Shown here one piece after another: positions 19,787 through 30,203 of a stretch of DNA of 64,000 nucleotides. Source of the stretch: Trypanosoma brucei (Eukaryota); NCBI GenBank assembly GCA_000002445.1, contig CP000066.1, positions 640,001 through 704,000 on the forward strand, given 5' to 3'. Both the position numbers and the translations under genes were made by a program. The notes below the pieces were generated by a model. It did not search any database. It was not told where the DNA came from and worked only from the letters and a program-made list of their open reading frames with translations. The first letter of the stretch is position 1; the number at the start of each line of letters is the position of its first letter.

Positions 19787-22234
19787 TTAGTTTGAGGTAC
19801 CAGGAGCTAGAAGGGTGCCACCACTACCACCGGACACGAGCGCCGGACCAAGCAAAAAACATGGAAAGGCGTACAGCAGCACCCAAACAATACGAAAAGA
19901 CGCCACTGGAACACTGATCATCCAAACAAGGGGAATCAGCACAAGGAGAATGCACAAATGCGGTGACAGCCGCTGAATCCATGGGCTGGCCAAAGCCTTG
20001 GCCAAAGAAGACAGTTTGTCCCTATGAAGCTGCTCACAAAACCGTTGCTCATGATATAAAGGCCACATCACGTATGAGAGAATAAGCACGAGTAATAGCA
20101 CCTCCACGGCGCGACTGGTGAAGTCCACTACGGTGGCATCGTCAAACGTGGCTGATCGCAGCGCGTTCCTCCACGCGAAGAAGGGATGAAGGTGAATTAA
20201 GTGCAAAAGGGCGTAGGCCGACACTAACATATACGCCTCCTCCCTTCTGCCGTCACTGCTGTCAAAGGTAGCGGTTTGATATGACGCAGAGAGAGGCAGT
20301 AGAACTATAGTGAGACACAACCACACTAGGGCGCGGTCACATATACGCAGCGGTAACAACACACCACACAGAAAAACAACTACACCAAACACAGTGACCG
20401 GTATTATCCGGTTCCACGGCTCATCGCAATTATCATCGCTACGTGTGGGCGACCTGCGAACCCACCGCGGTAGTCTTAGATAGATGCACGCACGATGAGT
20501 AACCAACCAGAATTTCGTCCATCCAAACTTACTTCCCCTCAAAAGCAGCTGAAGCAAGCGATAAGCAATAATACCCATCCATATGCCTTTCAACGCGGGG
20601 CCGGAAGCGGCAAAAGCACACCAAACCAACATGAGAGGATCAAATGTGGGTTTGCACACAAGCGTGTCAGCGATCCAGGGCGACTTACATCCTTCCATTG
20701 CTGGTAGCAGACAACATGGTATCTGCACGAGTAACAAGTGGCCCACAATTCCCATTATCGGGGTAACCATAACAACAGCCGTGTGCGATGACGTGAACAA
20801 TGATTTCCATGACCAATCTGCGCAGCAATGGGACAGCACACGGAGGTTCAGCAGCAGCCGCAGCAGCAGCGGGTGGATCGCGGAGAGGACGAAAGAACCG
20901 TATGAAAACGCCACCAACACGGTAAGGCCGACATGAGTGTAACTCGCCTCCGCCCACCACGAAAAGGCATCTGAAAAGGAGTGCGGCGGAGGTGCTGGAT
21001 CATTGATGCCCTCTGGTAAAGACCAGTTCCGCAACTTAAGGTTCCTTGACTCGGGTGAAATACCATCCCCCCTGACCAGAGAATTTCTAATAACGGCAGA
21101 GGTCCAGAATTCAACAACACAGTAGTCCCTCATTATATCGTCATGAGAAAACGTCTTTCCACACACTTTTGGGTGCTCTGTGGTGACATCAATACACGAC
21201 CCATTGTTGCACCCAATGCTGTCACTGAGGCGCGTGTGTTTAGACTGCACCATCAAGTCTAACGGCCCCGACGTAAGTGAAAGAATGCGGGGATTGCGAT
21301 AGCCGTTGCGGTCATTAGCCAACACATTTTTCTGAACAGGATCCCAAAGTGTTTTGTACAACCTCCACATGGGCAGGTCAAGAAAAACAGGCATCTGACG
21401 GTTTGGACTGTTCAGTGTAATAACTCCGGCAATCAACGGGAAAACCTGTGAGTCTGATAGAGTCGACAGCGCCATTCGTACCACAACGCCACCCATGGAG
21501 TGACCAATGAGCCATATGAAGGGAGGGTTATGCGTCTCGTTTTTTCGGTCTTCATACAAAGTTATTATTGTATCCGCTACAAAATCTGCCTGATGATGCA
21601 GAAGAGCACCGCGATGGGCATTTGCCTGCTCGGAGAAATCAAAGGTGTACAACCTTCCCTTGATTTTTTGCTCCTGCAAAAAAAGAATGCCAAGCCGGTG
21701 GGCCTGCATGTAAGAGCCTGCGTTTCCATGAGCAAAGAATATAATTACCTCCGGCGGCTTTTCCTGCGTCGGTGCGTATGTGCTGTAACAATCAGGACAA
21801 CTGACTTCAAAAAAGGAGTACGGCGGGCTGCTTCCCCTGTTACTCCTCTCGTCACCCCACTTCGGATTCTGCAAGAACAATCTTCGATAACTCAGTGGGT
21901 GCCACGCAACCGAGTCCGGAAACACACGAAATCGGTTGTTGTTGGCGTAGTCCCTGATCTGTAACCCAAGTCGCACGACCGAAAGTGCGTAGAGCAGTGC
22001 AGCAGCCAAAGAAAACAGTGTAAATAGCACAACGAGATTTTTCTTCCTTTGCGGAAGGGATGTCGCAGCCGGATTGACACCTGACGAGGGGGCACCAATT
22101 CCACTTAACTCTTCATCTTCTTGGCTAGGCATATGTTCGTCGCACAAACCTTTGTCGAAGCAGTACCCACTGACAGGTCCGTCCCCTGTATATGCACTGC
22201 AATCATCCTCCCTTTCATCACCACAAAGGCGCAT
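19787..22234 (-). CDS. PGAP1/Bst1-like GPI inositol-deacylase (815 aa): alpha/beta-hydrolase head plus a multi-pass membrane C-terminal half.
   Basis: True ATG at 22234. PGAP1-type motifs IIFFAHGNAGSYMQ, lipase nucleophile elbow LIGHSMGGVVV, and TLNSP. An N-terminal TM segment (LVVLFTLFSLAAALLYAL) and many C-terminal hydrophobic segments are present. Confidence 0.8.
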   Translation of the reverse strand: MRLCGDEREDDCSAYTGDGPVSGYCFDKGLCDEHMPSQEDEELSGIGAPSSGVNPAATSLPQRKKNLVVLFTLFSLAAALLYALSVVRLGLQIRDYANNNRFRVFPDSVAWHPLSYRRLFLQNPKWGDERSNRGSSPPYSFFEVSCPDCYSTYAPTQEKPPEVIIFFAHGNAGSYMQAHRLGILFLQEQKIKGRLYTFDFSEQANAHRGALLHHQADFVADTIITLYEDRKNETHNPPFIWLIGHSMGGVVVRMALSTLSDSQVFPLIAGVITLNSPNRQMPVFLDLPMWRLYKTLWDPVQKNVLANDRNGYRNPRILSLTSGPLDLMVQSKHTRLSDSIGCNNGSCIDVTTEHPKVCGKTFSHDDIMRDYCVVEFWTSAVIRNSLVRGDGISPESRNLKLRNWSLPEGINDPAPPPHSFSDAFSWWAEASYTHVGLTVLVAFSYGSFVLSAIHPLLLRLLLNLRVLSHCCADWSWKSLFTSSHTAVVMVTPIMGIVGHLLLVQIPCCLLPAMEGCKSPWIADTLVCKPTFDPLMLVWCAFAASGPALKGIWMGIIAYRLLQLLLRGSKFGWTKFWLVTHRACIYLRLPRWVRRSPTRSDDNCDEPWNRIIPVTVFGVVVFLCGVLLPLRICDRALVWLCLTIVLLPLSASYQTATFDSSDGRREEAYMLVSAYALLHLIHLHPFFAWRNALRSATFDDATVVDFTSRAVEVLLLVLILSYVMWPLYHEQRFCEQLHRDKLSSLAKALASPWIQRLSPHLCILLVLIPLVWMISVPVASFRIVWVLLYAFPCFLLGPALVSGGSGGTLLAPGTSN

Positions 22235-22368
22235 TTTTCTTTTTTTTTCTTGCCTTGTCTTGTCTTGTCAGCCTTTGTCCGTGCACACCTTTCCCCCAGT
22301 CTGCTCGTTACACCTTTAGTGGTAAAAGAAAAGGAGAAACGAAAGCACAAGAACAACGAGAAATATAC

Positions 22369-22390
22369 ATATATATATATATATATATAT
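22369..22390. repeat. (TA)n microsatellite in the spacer upstream of the PGAP1-like gene.
   Basis: Direct reading. Confidence 0.95.
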
Positions 22391-22833
22391 GAAAACAGAA
22401 AGATAAAATAAAACACTTGAACGGGGAGAAGCGAATGGGGAAGGACACTCCACGCACACACATCCCATTGAGAGAAATATGTATCATATGCCGAGATGAT
22501 AATCACCATACACATCCCACAAAGAAAGGCAAACAAACGAAGAAAAGAAACAAAAGCAACCTCACCCACTTTCTTAGGAGGGTTCACACACCGTCAAGGT
22601 TGTGAGGCCTAAAAGCAAAACCAACTTTCACGCATGAAGGAGGATCAAAACATCCTCGGTAAAACAAAGACATCTACCACTTGCGTACGCTGGCACTCCC
22701 ACATGAGCACTAGTGATCATTACAATTTTAACATTTGACTACGACTAACACTTTCCAAAGCAAAGGGGACGAAACTCAGCAGAGGGTGCCACGGCTAACT
22801 CATATCGCGGCCATCGTTCTCCCATCTTCAGCT

Positions 22834-25800
22834 TCACTCACGTTTTAGTGGCCACTGAAGGAATTTAACTGCACTCACAAGTTTATTCGATATAATAACG
22901 GAGATATTCACCGACACATCTCTCAGGAGGCATACTACACGCCATGGTTGTGGAGGTCGCGAGACACGCGTATGACTCGCAGCGTCGGCCACAACCGCAC
23001 CTTCAATGCGTGTGCGAAGGCAGAGGCGTAAATGGGAATCTTCCAGCCTCACGCTTGTTCGTTGATGGAGAGCAGGTTGCTCCGACGCGTGCAGCGAGGG
23101 GCGGATAGTTTGACCCGCATTATGGTTCATGAGACTTGGTTCCACTGGACTCTTTACTTCCATCAAACGTGGCGAAGCAAAGCCGCTACTGAAGTTGCGC
23201 AACTCCCCTTCATGATTAGTGCCGCCTTGCAGCCTCACACATCCACTCACCTCGCATCCCCCCGGTGCCTCATAGCAACTGCCGCAGCTACCAAATTGTG
23301 TGGAATGGCCACATTGGACAGCTGCTAAGGTAAACGAACTTATATCTAGTCCTTGTATTGGCCCGGACCTCGAGTGCTTTCCCTCATTTCCATAATCCCA
23401 TGGTTGGTTATCAGCACACCATGGCAAGTCGCTCCACGGGATAGAAGTTGTGGGTGATTGGATTCCGCCATGTGCAGCCGTGGAAGAGGCTATTGCATGC
23501 AACACAGAATTCTTCAGTGTTACTGTGGCATGTCTTGCTACAATGATCTCCTTGTAGATGCAGTAGCCGCTACATCCCGTGAGTGATACCTTGGCACACT
23601 CTGCTTGTAAGGCAGGGCCCCCAACAGCACTTATAAATACACTTCGAGTTGCCTCCAGAGAGCTGTCACTAACAACAAATACAGCCTCCGAGCCGGCAAA
23701 AACACAGCGAGTGGCAGCAACCCTTGAATCCATTGCCACCGAAAGCCGTCGCACACGTACATTCTCCAACACCAATGAAGACCCATCCGTAACATGCAAG
23801 CGTACAGGCAATATTGGGGTGTCTGAATCACTCCGCTTCGTGGGTTTTGGTGCTTGCTGGTCACTTTCTTCATTTAATGGGCACCCACCATTTTGTCTTG
23901 GACCAATATCAATATCAGCTGCGGATGTGCGGTAGCGTACGTCATCACGCGGCACACCCGCCACAGCAGCCGCAGGTCTTCTGGACTCTTCTCGTGATGG
24001 TAACCTCCCGGAGTGAGTGGCTCCCTCTGATGTGCTTCGGTGAAAGAAAAATGTCATATTCTTATTGTGCATTGGGGGAACTACATCAGCAGCCCCGCAC
24101 ACCTCACCCCTGGCCCCGCTATGCAGTACTAATGTGTGCCAAATCACCTTGCTGTGAAGTTGGCCTATTTCTCCAGGCTTAAATGAATCAGTGGCACGGG
24201 GGACATGGCCAGATGAAGTGCCGCGAGACAAACCGGCTTTGTTTGCAAGACATGGTGTTGGAACACATTGCAGCAAGACATTGCGCAGTCGAACATACGC
24301 ATTCGATCCCTTAGCAAAGATGGCAGCCCGCACTGCCGGGCATTTGTGCCCACAATCACATTTGTCTTCTTCCAGGACATTCAACTGTGCAGCTTGCGTT
24401 TCCTGCACTATTACATAACACGAGTTCATGGACAGCTGGCCGCCTTCATAAACACGAATGGGACACCCCACTTGCTCTAATACACCATCTAACTCCAGAG
24501 ACTGCGGCGCCATATCCGCAGCGGCAGCAGCATCACCGTCCAGGTGAAGAACGGTGTTGTCGAGTACACATTTCCCAAAAATTCTCACATTCCCCTGCAG
24601 GACGCTGAAGACATTCTTCACACTGGAAAAACGAGAAAACACCTGTGATGCTGTCACGCGGATAGCTCCGCCATGGGAAACTAACAGCGAGTAATTCCAC
24701 ACATTTTGTGCTAAGCAATCAGATAGATACACGTTCGACCCAACTAGAGCGTTGAAGGCGACGTTGCAAAACTCTGCCTTACACCGATACAGGTACGCGA
24801 CAGCTTCGGCACCACACCTCACCGCAATCGCCGCGCCGCCGCCAAACACTGCATTATGAATAACAGCCGTCCCTTTGTCCATCACAAAACAAGATGGGGG
24901 TTGACCGCAAAGACTAGAGCAAGTGGTTGCGGGTCCCAAAGGGCCTGACAGCCGACATGCTCCAAAGTCTCCGGATACGCTGACCTCTAAGAGGCTATCC
25001 ACCGTCGCGTCAAATCTTGCACCGCAGTTTACGTGGACACCTGAGCGCGAGAATCCGCTAATCTTCACATTGCCCTCAACCTGCACAATGCCGTTTCTGT
25101 TCTCAATACCGCACACCCGCGCCCTGTAACTTCCGTGATGAACAATGCACGTTCCCTGATTGAGCACAAGCACACCAACATGGTTACACTCAGTAGTACA
25201 GTGATTAAGACAACATTTCGCACTATCCACCAGGTAACCGTTGGCAACGTCGGACGCTACACATTGCCAGGCCTCCATCTCCGTATCCGCGTCAAGCGCG
25301 GCGTAACCAAAAGTTACGTGACGAACTTCGCACGCAGTTAACTCACAATGGCTACCTGCCCACGCCTTTACACCTAAACTCCACGTTCCACCGCATAAGC
25401 ACGTGGGGGAAGTCGTGGCGGTCTCATCCAAATCCCTGCAAACGCCGCACCCTCCGTCGACACTTACGGAACTGCAAGTGATGACGGGCGCGTACACCGG
25501 CGATTCAGTCGATTGGGGCTCGCCTGGTAAATCGGGCGGCGCTACGGAAGCTGTACAGCCATGGAACGGGTCATCGCTCATGTCCACCATACACTTTTTG
25601 AGGCATAAATAGCCACCGTTGTGAGAAGTAAAACCGCTCTCAAGACTTCCACGGACGGTAACGCCAACGCATCGAACGTGACTCGACCGGCTATCCAATC
25701 CGCGAATGCGGCACTGAAAAATGCAGGGGATGCCACCCAATATACAGTGTGGTGCGTCCGAGTTGTCTATGCTAAGCTTAGACTGATTAAAGGCGAGCAC

Positions 25801-28683
25801 CCCAACCTGCTCTGCGTATGCCCCACAGGAATATAACCTGCACTCCGCACCATCAAACACAAAACTGTTGGATCGGCACACCCCCACGCATTCCCTGCAA
25901 AGAACAACAGATCCTTGGGAGGCAGTAAACCCAAGAGAGTGATCAGTAACTAAGCAGCGACTCAATGTTGCACTACTGTTCACAATTCTAACCGCGCACG
26001 TTTTACGCGATGCCGGAAGTGTCGACATGACGATCACGTCGGTTAACTCGATAGAACTTTTATCGTAGGCAAATATGGATGTTATCCCGGTGTCCTTCAG
26101 TATCAAACCCCTGGCCACGACAGTTGCCTCGCGTACCTCTAGCCCAAATGCACCTCCTACGAACGACAGCGGCAGTAAGGTCTCCGTGTTCGCTTCCGTT
26201 GCTACACCTTCACAGTCATTGCTATTGTTTGCTTTATTCGCTTTACTTTTGGTGGTGCCACTTCCCCTCCGCTTTTTCGAAAAAGCTCTTCTAATAGAGG
26301 AGACATAATCATTTTCTTGCTCAACTTCATCCACAGCCAACGGCAGGGCAGACTTGTGTACGCCGCGCCAGCCGCGACCCATGTCGTACCGCAGCTCACC
26401 TCCCTCCACAGTAAAAACTGCATTGCTCTCGTTATCCCCCCCAGATCCACAGGTATTCATTAGAGGCAGTCGGTACCAGCCGTTTTCACGACCACGTAGC
26501 GCCAGTAGCGTGCGGCAGCGTTTCTCAAATAGCTCTGGGGGTCCTGCGTCGTTGTTGATTGTGCACTTGGCACCGTTCAAAGCAAATATGCCCACATGAT
26601 TTGTGAAGGCAGAGCTGCTGTCAAATGTTGCACGTGAGGCTTCAACTGTGTATCCGTTAACGACGTGCTCAGCGTGGCAACTGTAGAAGTGTGCCACCGA
26701 GTGTGATATCACTGAAAAACCAAAATAAACGTACTCAGCGAGGCAGTGACGGGCGGTAACCAATCCACCCAGCTCTACACTGAGGCCCGTGGGACGGTTA
26801 CCGTCGGATGCCTCAAAAACGACTTGATCCCCGCCATAAAACCGAGTGCCAGCGAAAAAAGCCCGGCATCCAGCAACGCTCACGGCATTGATGTAGCCAG
26901 CCATGATGTCACAATCAGAGATATCCACAGAAGCATCCTGCTCAGCAAGAATAACCCGCTCACACTCGGACGGTGCAATACTGCATCCGCCACGGGCACA
27001 CAACCGTGCGCTATTTGAAACATGAATAAAAGAATGCAAAACGTTCAGGGAGGCCACTCCCGTAAAACCAGTGTCCTGGCAATCAGCGGAAGGGGGAGCA
27101 TAGCGCTTCATCACGGTCCCATCGCGCAGATCCAACTTCGATTCATCCAATACTAGAATTCCCTCGCGGTAGCCATCCGGCACATCGACGAACAACTTTG
27201 AACGAGAGAAAATCACTTGACCCTGCCCTTCCACCACAATGCTTCCGGTGACAATACAACTATCTACTTCCAGCGTTCCTAATACGGTGATAACGGAGGC
27301 ATACACCTCGAGTTTTTGCAACCGTAACGTACAATCTGGTGGAATTACACACTGCTCGGTGGTGCTTGACCATCTGATGGAGGTGAGGAAAGACTCTACT
27401 CCGCTCCCACCCTCACCACAAAGGACCAGTCGGATGGGGGCACATTCACAGGTTTTGTTCTTGTCGCAGAAGGCACAGTTGATCCCAGTCCCCCCACTCC
27501 CCCCTTCGCCAACGGAGTTGCTTTCTTCTCCAGCTTCTCCTTCACTTGCAGCGCATGTGCAGATCACTGGGGTCACCTCGTCCCTCCCCTCCTCGGCTAA
27601 GCGAGACAAAACTTCATTTTCCATTGTTTCGGCGGCATCCGTCTTGCATTCTCCCGCCCCAGCTGAACTCCCAAAAGCGGGGCTATTGACTGTGGGATTC
27701 GCATTGTTATCTAGCGGTGGATTAAGCATCCCTTCCCTCGCGCACAGCGGCGCAAGCAAAATGTTAAAAGATAAGTTTTCGCGAAGTGCGCCACTGGTGG
27801 ACGGGAGGTTGCAAACGAACATATCATCATCCACAACCGTGTCCTTGGTAGGGTGCTCCGGTGACTGAAACAACGCCCGCCTTCGTGGAGCGTCCAAGAA
27901 AATGTCCATCACCTCAGACGAGAAACGCATCTGCTGCAATTCTCCACATGAACACACCACCTTCTCCCTCCGTGTCGTGCCCGAATCCCCTTCAATCCCG
28001 TCATCACTTGTGATTGCAGAACTGCGCTGCCCCTCATCGTTCGTTACTGCCGTGGCTGCTGCTGATAGCCCCTCCCTTGTTGCAAGTTGGTTTGCCTCGG
28101 GAATTCGCTTTTGTCCAGTAACCTTACTTCTGAAGAGATGCGGGTGGGAGTTTCGAATGTGTTGGATTCCTAAGTCATGCTCCTCAAGAGAGTAGGCGGA
28201 AGCGGCTGACTGCTGTGGCATCCATGCGGCATCGTCGTTTCCTCCATGAGCTCCATTCCCAACCAACCACCGCCGCGACTCATCAACTGTTACTCTGCTG
28301 TCACACCCGAACGGGTTGAGTGTTGTGTAAAGGGAGTGAAACAGCAAACTGAGACCCTCCACATCCACCGTCCACTGCTGAGACATGAGTTCAAAAGAGC
28401 AAATGGCTCCATAATGGATAAACGTCGCAAAGAGACGGGGCGAGACAACAAAAACAAGTGGCATGCGCTGCAGCTCTTCTAAAAAAAGCACTCGCAGGGA
28501 GATGATAAACTCTTTCTTGTTCTCATCCTCGTAGCGCAACTGAACGAACCAGTTGGTCAGGTCATCCTCGTCAAGAAGCTCAACAGCAGTGCAGCAACCC
28601 CCTAATAGCGTGTGAAGGTTCTGCTTAAAATGGGCATAAAGCCGTTGTAGGCGTTGAAGGTACGAAGTGGACAGTTGGAGCAT
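22834..28683 (-). CDS. ~1949-aa protein with an N-terminal UBC/E2-like (or UEV-like) fold followed by long Cys-rich arrays that look like parallel beta-helix (PbH1/CASH-type) repeats.
   Basis: The track ORF starts at TTG (28977). In-frame ATGs are at 28887, 28860 and 28683. I prefer 28683 because a coding-strand pyrimidine tract (+ 28771-28800) with AGs precedes it and the upstream residues are hydrophobic junk. E2-like segment: LTNWFVQLRYED..FIISLRVLF..PLVFVVSPRLFATFIHYGAICSFELMSQQWT..LLFHSLYTTL. Repeats resemble G.SV..G..V....C.....Y.GFSV. Confidence 0.7.
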   Translation of the reverse strand: MLQLSTSYLQRLQRLYAHFKQNLHTLLGGCCTAVELLDEDDLTNWFVQLRYEDENKKEFIISLRVLFLEELQRMPLVFVVSPRLFATFIHYGAICSFELMSQQWTVDVEGLSLLFHSLYTTLNPFGCDSRVTVDESRRWLVGNGAHGGNDDAAWMPQQSAASAYSLEEHDLGIQHIRNSHPHLFRSKVTGQKRIPEANQLATREGLSAAATAVTNDEGQRSSAITSDDGIEGDSGTTRREKVVCSCGELQQMRFSSEVMDIFLDAPRRRALFQSPEHPTKDTVVDDDMFVCNLPSTSGALRENLSFNILLAPLCAREGMLNPPLDNNANPTVNSPAFGSSAGAGECKTDAAETMENEVLSRLAEEGRDEVTPVICTCAASEGEAGEESNSVGEGGSGGTGINCAFCDKNKTCECAPIRLVLCGEGGSGVESFLTSIRWSSTTEQCVIPPDCTLRLQKLEVYASVITVLGTLEVDSCIVTGSIVVEGQGQVIFSRSKLFVDVPDGYREGILVLDESKLDLRDGTVMKRYAPPSADCQDTGFTGVASLNVLHSFIHVSNSARLCARGGCSIAPSECERVILAEQDASVDISDCDIMAGYINAVSVAGCRAFFAGTRFYGGDQVVFEASDGNRPTGLSVELGGLVTARHCLAEYVYFGFSVISHSVAHFYSCHAEHVVNGYTVEASRATFDSSSAFTNHVGIFALNGAKCTINNDAGPPELFEKRCRTLLALRGRENGWYRLPLMNTCGSGGDNESNAVFTVEGGELRYDMGRGWRGVHKSALPLAVDEVEQENDYVSSIRRAFSKKRRGSGTTKSKANKANNSNDCEGVATEANTETLLPLSFVGGAFGLEVREATVVARGLILKDTGITSIFAYDKSSIELTDVIVMSTLPASRKTCAVRIVNSSATLSRCLVTDHSLGFTASQGSVVLCRECVGVCRSNSFVFDGAECRLYSCGAYAEQVGVLAFNQSKLSIDNSDAPHCILGGIPCIFQCRIRGLDSRSSHVRCVGVTVRGSLESGFTSHNGGYLCLKKCMVDMSDDPFHGCTASVAPPDLPGEPQSTESPVYAPVITCSSVSVDGGCGVCRDLDETATTSPTCLCGGTWSLGVKAWAGSHCELTACEVRHVTFGYAALDADTEMEAWQCVASDVANGYLVDSAKCCLNHCTTECNHVGVLVLNQGTCIVHHGSYRARVCGIENRNGIVQVEGNVKISGFSRSGVHVNCGARFDATVDSLLEVSVSGDFGACRLSGPLGPATTCSSLCGQPPSCFVMDKGTAVIHNAVFGGGAAIAVRCGAEAVAYLYRCKAEFCNVAFNALVGSNVYLSDCLAQNVWNYSLLVSHGGAIRVTASQVFSRFSSVKNVFSVLQGNVRIFGKCVLDNTVLHLDGDAAAAADMAPQSLELDGVLEQVGCPIRVYEGGQLSMNSCYVIVQETQAAQLNVLEEDKCDCGHKCPAVRAAIFAKGSNAYVRLRNVLLQCVPTPCLANKAGLSRGTSSGHVPRATDSFKPGEIGQLHSKVIWHTLVLHSGARGEVCGAADVVPPMHNKNMTFFFHRSTSEGATHSGRLPSREESRRPAAAVAGVPRDDVRYRTSAADIDIGPRQNGGCPLNEESDQQAPKPTKRSDSDTPILPVRLHVTDGSSLVLENVRVRRLSVAMDSRVAATRCVFAGSEAVFVVSDSSLEATRSVFISAVGGPALQAECAKVSLTGCSGYCIYKEIIVARHATVTLKNSVLHAIASSTAAHGGIQSPTTSIPWSDLPWCADNQPWDYGNEGKHSRSGPIQGLDISSFTLAAVQCGHSTQFGSCGSCYEAPGGCEVSGCVRLQGGTNHEGELRNFSSGFASPRLMEVKSPVEPSLMNHNAGQTIRPSLHASEQPALHQRTSVRLEDSHLRLCLRTRIEGAVVADAASHTRVSRPPQPWRVVCLLRDVSVNISVIISNKLVSAVKFLQWPLKRE

Positions 28684-28770
28684 CTGCTTCTTCCTCCTGT
28701 GCGTCCACCTCACGATCCAACCCTCTTCTAGAGCTATTGGAGAGAGAAACGGAGTAGAAGCCCTTATCAA

Positions 28771-28800
28771 ACGGAAGAGACAAAAAACAAAAGACACACA
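28771..28800 (-). promoter_or_regulatory. Polypyrimidine tract and downstream AGs: probable trans-splice acceptor region for the 22834..28683 gene.
   Basis: The coding strand reads tgtgtgtcttttgttttttgtctcttccgt, followed by AG dinucleotides before the ATG at 28683. Confidence 0.45.
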
Positions 28801-30203
28801 AGTTGGCGTACGGCACTCGGTAAGTAAAGTTAGCAGAGAGCTAAAACAAAAGTAAGACATAAAAAATAATTGCCCTTCCGCTTTCATGAGAAGCAGCCAC
28901 CCCCCTCCTCCCAGCGACGGCTGCCGTTTCCATACGAGAGGGGAAACAGGTGACAACCACTTGAAAGAGAAATGCAAACGATAACAACATCATATACCCA
29001 ACACAAGCAGTCAAAGTGGGCTACGCGGCAAAGTGCTGGCAGCGGAAGCAAAACACACTATGATAATAGGATGACAAAGTGGAAAAAAAACAGAATGACA
29101 AAGATGACGGGTAGCACTACAACAATAATTCTTTTGAGAATCACTACGAGCAGGTCTCGTGGTTTTCCTGTCCCTCTGTGAGAAACGACAACGTAAATCG
29201 AAATAAACAAAAATAAAGGCACAATATTGTAGGAGAAGGGTCTTTTCATCCTGATATCCCCGTTCTTTTTCTTTTTCTTGGTTCGTGAGATACCCGTACG
29301 GGAAACTGAGCAAACACGTCTGCCCTGTTGAAAGGGGGAAAATGGACCACGACATTTCCAAAAATATAAAAGAACACCACTTTGTACTCCCTCTCGCTCC
29401 CCATTGCATAATCATACGAACTCTCTTGCACCACATGGCGCTTGTCTCTAATGCTTATGAAGCTGCTCTTCCCCTTACAGCGCGGCCGCACTCCGCTGCG
29501 CAACGGAAGACACCACGAGAAGAAAACAATAACGCACACCTCAGTCGACCTTCAATTTCCCATGCACTCCACCGCGGTGTGCCAGCCTTCTCGCTTCACT
29601 TTCTCTAGCTGATATTGTTGACGGTAGCCACATCATCTTACATCTACAATGCAAAAGATTCCCGCAGCATCTTCCGGTGCACACGACAACTACGGTACAG
29701 GGCACCTCATGATGGTGAGATGCTATTTTTAAGGCCAAATGTGCTCGATGTCACATAACCTGCGCTTTGAGTCTGCGGGTACACACATTTGTCATTTCCT
29801 CGGCGAAATGTTCATCCGCTACAATGTTAGGCCATTTCCGTCTCTCTTCGGGCACTTGTCTGTGTGCGTACGCGGCGGAGCACATAGTGCATATATGAAT
29901 GTCTATCTGATTGAGGACAGGAGCTTCAGCTCGACAATGGCCACGCGAACTCTTTGGGACTATTGAGTGGAAACATTATGAATGTCAACTGATCGAAAGG
30001 AAATACAAAGAAAAGAACGATTAACGACTACATTGGGTGTACTGCGCGAACGAAACAGTGAGATAACAATATTAAGCGCTTTGTGTCGATGCCCACGAAT
30101 ACCACAAAACGCACCTCTTCCCTCCAAGTGGCATCGATAAGGTAACGAGTCACCCAAAGTCCCACCCAACCCTTCAGATATTGGTGAAAGCCTCCTTCAC
30201 TTC

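Noticed and set aside
250-22234. A possible functional link between the PGAP1-like GPI inositol deacylase and the neighbouring putative GPI-anchored surface genes (a 'GPI module').
   Set aside because: Kinetoplastid polycistronic units are not operons, so gene neighbourhood carries essentially no functional information. The two are also separated by the helicase gene and a 4.5-kb gap.
28684-28977. N-terminal extensions in the ORF track (here 98 codons; similar ones at 32594, 34158, 35023, 38697, 40823, 46089, 48262, 55168, 62669 and 6210).
   Set aside because: I checked the first codon of each on the sequence and they are TTG or GTG, not ATG. The extensions are hydrophobic or junk-like and overlap the splice-acceptor pyrimidine tracts, so I trimmed them to the first ATG.
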